64,000 bases of DNA, taken from Octopus bimaculoides (Eukaryota). Under the pieces are notes generated by a model. The model had not been told where the DNA came from. It made no database searches and was given only the letters and a program-made list of their open reading frames with translations. The stretch is taken from NCBI RefSeq assembly GCF_001194135.2, contig NC_068982.1:122183646-122247645 (forward strand), given 5' to 3'. A program made the translations under genes and the position numbers. Within the stretch, counting starts at the first letter, position 1. Every line of letters starts with the position of its first letter. This document shows, one piece after another, positions 54,790 through 64,000 of this stretch.

Positions 54790-56580
54790 AGGCAGGCAAT
54801 AGTATTTGCCTGTCACAAGTAGAAGTGAACCCCGAGTTTAATTTCTCACCTACACTTCCAGAAGTCATGAGAGCAATTCCACAAATGTCCAGTGGCAAGA
54901 TCTCTGGTTCAGGCATAATTGTTGAAATACATTAAGACTGACCTCTTTCAGAAGAGAGAACGCGATGCCGAACAACATTAACGCATTGAGGGAGAACGCC
55001 ACGCACACCGCCATCCTGCGTATCGTCTAACACCGATGCGTCGAAGTTGTGATGAATAGCCAGAGAAGCTTCATCCAAGATATTCTTAATCTTAAGACAA
55101 GCAGCAGATTGTGTATCATCAAGAAGGATGAGCTGGTTCTCTAATGTTCTACTCCAGAGGATATATATGCGAGGGATTGATGAAATTCTGCACAGTGAGA
55201 AATGAAGTAGTGATATAAGTTAATCAGGCCAAGAATCTCAATTTCCTCGACGATGTTGGAGCAGGAAAATCCAAAACAGATTTAACCGTTCGTCGAGAGG
55301 GTAGATTCCATATTTGTCAAGGAAATAGTCATAGAGAAAAAATTTAGTTGGAGACTAGTGATGATACCATTGCAAAAAAAGAAGGAGAGAAAACTTGCAG
55401 TAAGTGGGAACTTTTTAGCAACTTTCTTTCAAGAAGCTCTGCTACAACAGCAATGAATTTGACATCCACCAGAAAATCAATTTCCATCGAAGAATTAGCT
55501 GGGTCGGCGGGTCTGATTGCAGAAATCGCGACACACCTGTTGCTTGTGGTCCATATTAATACCTGCACTACATATATTTCAGAATCATCGTCGGTCGTCG
55601 ACGTCATCGTTTTCTTTTTCTTTTTCTTCTTCTTCTTCTTCTTCTTCTTCTTCTTCTTCTTCTTCTTCTTCTTCTTCTTCTTCTTCCCATTCTCCTCCTC
55701 TGAAGTGAAAGCCTTTCGAGTTCAGCTTGAGGTTAAGGATATAAATGTACAAGCAAGTGTTTACGGTGTAGTTTCAAACATTGAACATAGAGAGGCTTCG
55801 CAACAACATCGTGGTGTTTTCTTACTCGGTGCTCTTGCAGTCTTATCCTTTCTCGCCCGGCAGGCAACGTTTCCTGGTACCACCACAAATTCGGCTAGGA
55901 CGCTGGTCATGGTGCGCTATTTGTTCTTTTCACAAGTAATCTTTTTATCATCAAGGAAAATGATACAGCGACATTTGCACCTGGCACTTGCGAACCTAAT
56001 CGTTTCTTTTTCACCACTGACCGATCCACTAGTGCTCGTATTCTTGTGGACATTGATTAAAAGTCGCCGAAAAATCGAGAGAGTTTTTTGTCACCCTGCT
56101 CTTCTGAAATAAACAATGCAAGCAATTTTGTTGCGAACCAGGCATCTATTTATTCAGTCCTCTTCTCAGTGTTTTATAGAAGACAGTGTTTAGTGAGAAC
56201 GTCAGCAGATCTCATATTTCCTGTACTATCTCTGGTGGGAGCGCACTGCATACAGGTGCTGTTCACAACAATATGGTTAACTAAATACTGGACCTCCAGT
56301 GACACAGACTATTGGACAGATGCTGTCACTGCTGATGTGCAGAAAACAACATTTTAAAATTTCGTGAACAGGATTGCTGTGTGAGTGAAACGATGGTTTA
56401 TAATGCAAAAAGAAAAACAGAAGATATCTGACTTTGAATCACCAATAAAATGTAGAAGGAATATGAAAAGGTAGAAGAGCCAAGGTGGTGTAGTCTAACT
56501 TGTTGAATGCAGAAATTACGTGTTCTTCCATTCAGGTTACCAGCATAAATTATTTTGTACATCAGTTTGGTCACCATTGT
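54790..56580 (-). mobile_element. Highly decayed, internally deleted Ty3/Gypsy LTR retrotransposon (gag + RT/RNase H remnants)
   Basis: Minus-strand motifs: gag ALPPEIVQEI*DLL..YKTL (~56244) and EEQGDKKLS (~56090; cf. LGDRKPS); RT end HLLQVFS..DKYGIYPLDER/VKSVLDFPAPTSSRKL/LGLINLYHYFISHCAE (55200-55410); RNase H-like GVRGVLPQCVN (~55000). A possible LTR end CA-a-TGGTGACC (PBS-like) lies at 56569-56579. Many frameshifts, and a (GAA)n tract at 55620-55687. Confidence 0.83.
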
Positions 56581-57302
56581 AGATGTTTAGTTTACAAATA
56601 TATCTGGAGTTGGTGCACTGCAGTAGCTGTTGGATGTTGTTGTGAAGAGAAGAGAATGATGTGTTTACAAAAGAATAAGAGAAGAGTCTTCTGACACAAA
56701 AATGTTAAGAAAACATAAAAAAGCATTGCTTTATATAGTTTTAGAATTTTAATCATTGCCAACTATCTTTTCTACTCTTTTATGCTATAGGTACAAGGAA
56801 TTGAATCACCCCAAAAGGATGAAAGGCAAAGTCAACTTGGTGGAATTTGAACTCAGAACATAACAATAGACAAAACATGGCTAAGAATTTTGTCTGGAAA
56901 ATGATTCTGCCAGTTTGCCACTTATTTGTTGCCTAATAATGCCAATATTCCTAATAACATTCAGCACTAGTTTTGGAAACAAAACTTTGTTAGATTTCTA
57001 GCTTTGCAATATGATGATCATTAATTCATCGATTATTTCACTCATCATCATCAGTTGGATCCATATCAACACACAAAATAGTTAAAATTCTAATCCATTA
57101 ATTTAACTTCATTTGAGTTTGATATCATATCTTTTGCATTTTCACAACATAACAACCAATTTTGATTTCACATATGTCCCATGGACTAAAAGCTTTTGAG
57201 ATACTTCAATAACCATTCAACACTTCCATCTTAAACCACCCCATTAAAAGACTTCTCTTATCAGAACTCTTAAACAAAATCCTCATGCAAGTTAACATTT
57301 AA

Positions 57303-57450
57303 CCTCTTTATTACCATATTTCTGTTAAAATTACCCTGTTTTTGTTTCAATGAATTTTGAAGAGAATTAAGAACTTAGAAAAATAACTGTCATTATTTAG
57401 CTGGTGTATGGAGCATACATTAACATACAGGTGGATTGTTACCAAAAGGG
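57303..57450. mobile_element. Short piggyBac-like MITE
   Basis: TTAA-CCTCTTT ... CAAAAGGG-TTAA; the internal sequence is shared with ~3090-3330 and 62433-62850. Confidence 0.55.
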
Positions 57451-57577
57451 TTAATAATATAGCTATATGTAGGAGCACTTTTAGGATGTCTGTAAGCTAG
57501 GTTTTGATGTTTTCATGAAGAAAGAAAAATTACATCCACATGTTAGTTTTTTTTTAGTTTGTTTTAGCTTACATGCC

Positions 57578-57683
57578 ATGCTAGCTATGGCAGTATACAT
57601 TCTAAAATTGGAATGATGCAAAGAAGATTAGCATTGCCCCTGTACAAGGATGACAGGCAAATTCACGAAGCATTTCATATTTT
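57578..57683 (+). pseudogene. U6: Full-length U6 snRNA retrocopy (non-functional)
   Basis: Ungapped 106-nt alignment to canonical metazoan U6, 87/106 identical by hand count against the human sequence as recalled; many changes are CpG transitions. The ACAGAGA box is mutated to GCAAAGA, and the copy ends in CATATTTT. Confidence 0.93.
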
Positions 57684-58670
57684 CTCACCCTTGCTAGCTA
57701 TGCAGATGACACAAAAGACTCTCAGATAATACAAAATCCAGGAAATATTGCACCTCTGCAATGGGAGTTGGACGCAATGTACAGGTGGGCTGAGGACAAC
57801 AACATGCAGTTTAATGCAGGAAAATTCCAAGCCCTGTACTACCAGTACACAAAGCTGAATAACATGCAGACAGTATACACTGGCCCAGGAGGAATTGCAA
57901 TCCCTGAATCAAGATCAGTGTGTGACATGAGCAATAATGCATCTTTCCAAGTGCATATTACTAATTTGGTAATAAAATGCAGACAGCTATTGATGGATCC
58001 TCAGAACTTTCAAAATAAGAGAAAAGGAGACAATGACGGTCCTTTGGAGGACATACTTCCTCAGCTGCTTGGACTACTGGTTCGAACTATGGTCACCACA
58101 CAATATGAAATTAACAGTGGAACTTGAAGCAATCTAATGAAGCTACACAAAGAAAATCGCCTTAATGCAACATATCAGCTACTGGGAAAGACTGAAAGAA
58201 TTAAAACTCTTCTCTCTAGAATGAAAGCAGGAAAGATATGCAGTGATATACATCTGGATAATCCTGAAAGGCTTTGTATCAAACTTTGGCATTGAAAGTT
58301 ACACACACAGCAGAACATGGCACTACAGCATACTGCCAAAGATCCCAGCATCTCCATCTGCAGGACGAGATATTGCAGCAGCTTGTGTTTCAAAGGCCCA
58401 CAGCTCTTCAATATCCTTCCATAATGCCTGAGAGACTTGCATGGTGTGGATGTAGGTATCTTCAAAACAAAACTGGATCTTCTCCTGTCAAGGTTTCCAG
58501 ATGAGCCTACCTCATGGCAGAAAACACGGATGAAGGCAGCAGCATCAAACTCCCTCATTTACCAAATGCCACATATCAGAGGAGGTTTCAAATAATGGTG
58601 TAGCACAGTCAACGGTGGTGCCCCAGCATGACTGCAGCTTTGAAGCTGAAACAATTTAAAGATTAAAGAG
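57684..58670 (+). mobile_element. 5'-truncated CR1-group (CR1/L2/Crack-like) LINE: RT C-terminal half plus 3' UTR
   Basis: Translates as LTLASYADDTK..LQWELDAMYRWAEDNNMQFNAGKFQAL, then after a frameshift WILRTFK..LDYWFELWSP..SYWERLKELKLFSLE, with stops. It ends in a TAAAGA(T/G) tail at ~58656-58670. Confidence 0.9.
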
Positions 58671-58799
58671 ATCATGAAAGCCACACAAGAGCAGCAGCTT
58701 ATTATTGGCTGTGATAGGTTCTTTTCAAACATTTATTATTAAGATATATTGAGAAATGTTTTCATTTACTCATGTACTGATCCAAGCCAGTGAACCGTG

Positions 58800-58874
<75 letters not shown>

Positions 58875-59560
58875 TGGGAGAGAGTCATCTAAGAAACCAT
58901 AAGTCAGAAAAAATAGACATTCATATATTTGTCAATAGGAGTGGGTATATTAGCTTGAGGCTATGGTAGAAGTTACTTGCTCAAGATGCCATGAGTGGGA
59001 TTGAACCTGAAACCACATAGTTTCAAAGTGAACTCCTTAACCACACAGCCATATATGTGTCAACGTCCATCGCAGTCCCTTGTCCTACAAAAATTAGCAG
59101 TCAAATATCTCTTAAATCACACCCTTAAATAAGGAAAGGACACATTAGACAATATAGTCCAGAATATCCTTTAAAAATTGGGATGACCACAATTAGAATG
59201 CTTCTGATCATGTTTTCTTCGTCTGAGTTTACTTGGGAATAAAACAATGACAATGTCCACTGTAATTCATTGAAAAGATAGTAGTTAATTTTATTCTGCA
59301 TTTCATTGATGTACATTAAACGTTTTAAAACTAGTTTTCCATACTTACTATGGGATGAAAAGTTTTGACTGAATTATTTGAGTAAGTATCTTTGCAGCTT
59401 GGCTATTCCAATACTGACCAGTCAGTTGTTGCTGTTGTTTAGACACTGGTAGGCTGTGACTGAGAAGGCCTATGATGAAACGTGTTCCAACCTTGAATAT
59501 TTTGTCTTTTATACAGTGTATCTATTGTGTTCTTTTTAATGTGATATGCTATGTTTAGGG

Positions 59561-59722
59561 CAGTCATGGGCAATCTGTGGTCTATGGGCAACATGCAGTC
59601 TGCAGGACTCTCTGAAAGACACGCCTAACAAGAAATTGCCTGCAACTTTCAGTAGGGCACCCTATCTGATGATGAGGCATGTCTCATGTGGCCTGCTTCT
59701 TGAAAAAGGTTGCCCATGCCTG
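59561..59722. mobile_element. hAT (Charlie-type) MITE, 162 bp
   Basis: TIRs CAGTCATGGGCAATCT / AGGTTGCCCATGCCTG; 8-bp flanks GTTTAGGG / TTTTAGAG match at 6 of 8 positions. Confidence 0.7.
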
Positions 59723-59949
59723 TTTTAGAGGGAAGAGCTATTTGTAACAGGCTGCGCAACCATGCAGAAGCACCCTTGTTGGCTTGGGGCAAGTCAGTTA
59801 TAGAATGAGATATGAAACAATTACAATAACATGCATTACCTGTCTAGAGAACACAATGACTAATTAAGTTTTCTTTTTTTTTAATAAGACAAAATGCTTT
59901 ACAGAGAACCAGTAACAAAATCTTTTATTATTACAATTACATAACAGAT

Positions 59950-60008
<59 letters not shown>

Positions 60009-60192
60009 AATAATATCAATTATAAATTTTTATACTGAACACAAGGCCACAAATTTTGAAGGAAGAGATATAGCTATTACTTATTCTATTGATATCCATC
60101 TACCACAGGGATGAAAAAAGAATATCAATATCAAAATTAAAAACAACTTACCAGACTGGGGTTCTACCACTCCTTTTACTTCATTACTCTTA

Positions 60193-60230
<38 letters not shown>

Positions 60231-60250
60231 ATACTACTACTACTACAACA

Positions 60251-60287
<37 letters not shown>

Positions 60288-60599
60288 ATAATAATAATAA
60301 TAATAATAATAACCCTTTCTATTACAGGAACAAGGCCTTAAATTTTGGGAGAGGGGGAAGTCAATGACTTCGGCCCCTGTACTCAACTAGTACTTATTTT
60401 ATTGACCTCCCAAAAGTGTGAAAGGCAAAGTCGAGCTGGGTGAAATTTGAACTTAGGACATAATGATGGATGAAATGCTGTTAAGCATCTTGTCTGGTAT
60501 GCTAACAATTTTGCCTGCTTGCAGCCTTGATAATGATAATGATGATGGACTCTCCTGTCAAAGACAACATATGAGTGTACTCAGTTTTTTTAAATAATG

Positions 60600-60650
<51 letters not shown>

Positions 60651-60880
60651 GGGACCTTTTGAGCGGGATGGGCTACTTGACCTGAAGAAAATTCTAACTG
60701 GGCTCCACTTGCGAGGTCATGTGCTGTTTATCTTGATATGAGATTACCATGTCGCACACATATAGTTGTGATGCATGTGCCTGATGTACCCTTATCAGAC
60801 AGGTAGTCATGATGGGTATAATGGGCTTTGTATATTTTACCCCAGTGTCATTTTGATGGCATGCACTGCTCTCTCACTCA

Positions 60881-61536
60881 ATAATAATAATAATAATTTC
60901 TACTATAGGCACAAAGCTTGAAATTTGGTGGGAGGGGCCCAGTCAATTAGATCAACCCTAGTACACAACTGGTACTTAATTTATTGAACCCAAAAGGATG
61001 GAAGGCAAAGTCAACCTTGGTGGAATTTGAACTCAGAATGTAGCGATGGGCAAAATACCGCCAAGCATTTTGCCCAGCATGCTAATGGTTCTGCCAGCTC
61101 ACCACCTTCATAATAATAATGAAAAGAACAGATAGCATGGTACCGTAGGTTGCAGGTAGCAAGCCCACTATGTATGCAAGACTCCAGGAGCTCCAACAAA
61201 ACCTGTGATAAAGAGAATTAATAATAATAATAATAATCCTTTCTACTATAGGCACAAGGTCTGGATTTTGTGCAGAGGGGGACAGTCAATCACATTGACT
61301 TCAGTACTCAACTGGTACTTGATTTATTGACCCCGAAAATCATCCTTGGTGGAATTTGAACTCAGAACATAAAGACGGCCAAAACACTGCTAAGCATTTT
61401 GCTCAGCATGCTAATGATTCTGCCAGCTTGCTGCCTTTATAATAATAATAATAATGAAAAGAATGGATAGCATGGTACTGTAGGCTGCAGGTAGCAAGCC
61501 CGCTATGCATGCAAGATTCCAGGAGCTCCAACAAAA
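60881..61536. repeat. Tandem duplication of a SINE-B + ~95-bp non-SINE segment
   Basis: GAAAAGAA..GATAGCATGGTAC.GTAGG.TGCAGGTAGCAAGCCC.CTATG.ATGCAAGA.TCCAGGAGCTCCAACAAAA occurs at ~61121 and ~61456, each copy following a reversed SINE B. Confidence 0.8.
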
Positions 61537-62432
61537 GGTATCCTAGTTATAACACCAAATTGAACTTCTAACTTGTCTCTTGAGGTTTCCGGGTGAGACT
61601 TGGCGTCAACTTGTGCAAATACAAAGCGAAAGCCAAACATATAATTATAATAATAGAAATTTACTTGACTAGTATTTTTCATCTTTCTTGAAGAAAACAT
61701 GAACATGACAAATTACTTATTCTGATCCCTTATACAAATTGTGGCCTTGTGAAAAGTAAAAAAAAATCATATGAACTTGGTCAACATAAACAATAATAAT
61801 AATCCTTTCTAAGAAAAGCTAGAAATTTGTGGGAGAGGATAAATTGATTTAATCCCAGTACTAGACTGGTACTTTATTGTACTGATGCCAAAAGGATGAA
61901 AGGCGAAGTTGATCTTGGTGGGATTTGTACACAATCATAATAATTGCTTCTAACATAGACACAAGGCATGAAATTTGGAGAGAAAGGTCAGTCATTTAGT
62001 CAGTTAAATTAACCCCATTATTTGGTTGGTACCTTATTTTTTTATCAACTCCAGAAAGATGAAGGCAAAGTTGATCTCAGAATATCAGAAGCCAGAACAA
62101 ATACTTGTGGTATTTGTTCTAGTTTCTAATATTCTGAGTTCAAATCCTGCCAAAATCAACATTGTCTTTCATCCTTTGGGAGATGATTAAATTGACTGCA
62201 CCCCTCACCAACAAATTTGTGGTGTTACGCTGATGTGAGAAATCATTTAAATCCCAGCATGGCGAATTATGCTTTTTCCTCCTTTAGAGGTCAATTAAAT
62301 AAACATTAGTCTAGTCATTGGTATCCCTAAATTGTGACTTTGAGTCTATGTTGGACATCAGGCAGTAGAAAGATAACAGAATTTATAAAGCAGTGAATGA
62401 ACTGCCTGGCTATATTTAGTTACCTCCATTAA

Positions 62433-62693
62433 CTCTTTTGATACCAACCCACCTGACACCACTCTTGTTTTTATGATACAAATTTCCATCTTAATCCTTT
62501 TGCTACTATATTTACACTACTTTAGTTTTAATTAATTTTGAAACTAATGACAAATTTAGTAAAATAGCTTTATCATTATCCAGCTGATGTTTGGAACATA
62601 ATTAGCATCAAATTTTGATGGAAGATTTTAATTAAGATCTCTTTAAAAGAGATCATAGACTCAGGAGTAGTCTAGACAGGTTGGTATCAAAAA
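62433..62693. mobile_element. piggyBac-like MITE (followed by an inverted partial copy to ~62850)
   Basis: TTAA flanks; TIRs CTCTTTTGATACCAACC / GGTTGGTATCAAAAA. Confidence 0.55.
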
Positions 62694-63957
62694 TTAAAAC
62701 TCTCCACCAAAATTTCATGTTAATTTATGTATCAAACATCAGTTTAATAATGGCAAAGATTTTTTTTACTAATTTCTGTATTAATATCAAAATTAATTGA
62801 AATGGACTTTGTGCATTTCAACAAAAATATGGCAACAAAAGGGTTACCATTTGAGGTGAAATTTCAGATCAACTCAGCATGTAGAGGTTGATAAAATTAA
62901 GTATTAGTCAACTATTGGGGTTGATATAATCAACCATGTCTTCCTCACTAAAATTCGTTATCTTGAGTGTTCTGGATTTTTATGACTTGAGTTCTAATCT
63001 TGCTATGGTTGATATTGTTTTTAAACCTTTAGGGGGTCTATAAAATAAAGTACCAGTCAAATACTGAGGTTGCTGGTATTTACTAACTTGTTCCCCTCAA
63101 AAATTTCTGGCTTTCAGAAATCAGAAACTCTTATAATTATTATCACTAGGGTGATCAGGCAACACCCTAATATCTCTTAGAAACTTGTTGAAATCTGTCC
63201 AAGGTCAACTTAACCTATCGTCATTAACTTTTCTGGAGTAGATAAATTAAGTACTGATTAAGTATCGATGTTGAAAAAATCCTCTCCCACAGCAAAAGAG
63301 AGAGAGAGAGAGGAAAGAAAAAAGAAAAAGAAAGACAATATGTATGGTCTTGCACCTATGTTAGAAATCATTCTGAAAACTCATAAAAGTATCATCTTAA
63401 AAGATGTGAACTAGAAAATTCCTTTAGATTGTGAAAATATCCAAGTCAATGAGTGTTGATCAATATCTATATTTGCTTAACAAGCATTGGACTGGAGTAG
63501 ATTGTGTCCTATGATACTGTTCATTCAGATAAAAATAGAATTCAGATCTCTTCCAGTCTATTGTTCTGTAAAGAAAAAAGTCTCTGGTTTTCTATGTTTT
63601 TGTATTTAGTCAACAGGACTCACTCAGCATGCTCTTATTGTACCGGCCTGCATGTATCTTCCGTCTGAAAGGAAAGGGTTAAATAACTGAGAATTAGTAG
63701 CTTGATCAATGGTGATTTCAAAGAGTGGTACAATGTAGATTATTTACGATTTTTATTAGAACCAGTGCCGATAACACATACTAATTTCAGAATGTGAAAA
63801 GATGAATCTATATATTGCAACACAATTAATTCACCGTTCTGTTATTTTTTTCACTTGATTTTGAATTTTCGCACACGCATGTATGTGTGTGTGCGTGTGC
63901 GTGCGTGCAAGTGTATGTGTGCATGAACGCGCATATATATGTATGTGTATCTATCGA

Positions 63958-63992
<35 letters not shown>

Positions 63993-64000
63993 CAAAAAAA

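Noticed and set aside
55348-56112. 254-aa plus-strand ORF with poly-Phe
   Set aside because: It is an antisense shadow of the Gypsy remnant; the poly-F comes from the (TTC)n microsatellite.

Overview
AT-rich, microsatellite- and retroposon-dense metazoan DNA with six N-gaps. The repeat landscape (tRNA-head SINEs, RTE 3' ends with (GAT)n tails, long TA/CA arrays) looks like an octopus/coleoid cephalopod genome; this is inference. The six-frame ORF track misses the real gene. I found two coding exons of an ANKS1/Caskin-family ankyrin-repeat protein on the minus strand: exon 1 at 53713-53772 and exon 2 at 11755-11938, joined in frame across a 41.8-kb intron. They read MGKEDDLFKAVKQNDYYKLQ|KTLFADRSHP...NVNVDCHEAGTGYTPLILAVLN. 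The promoter lies in a CpG-retaining domain (~47-56 kb), while most of the rest of the window is CpG-depleted. The most unusual item is a full-length 106-nt U6 snRNA copy fused with no spacer, at its terminal TTTT, to a 5'-truncated CR1-group LINE (57578-58670), the architecture of a U6/LINE chimeric retrocopy. Other content: decayed Gypsy, CRE-like, RTE and CR1-group retroelements, hAT and piggyBac-like MITEs, several SINE families, several long near-perfect palindromes (including a branched 1-kb cluster), and a candidate Cys-rich alternative first exon. No CRISPR, rRNA or intact tRNA gene was seen.
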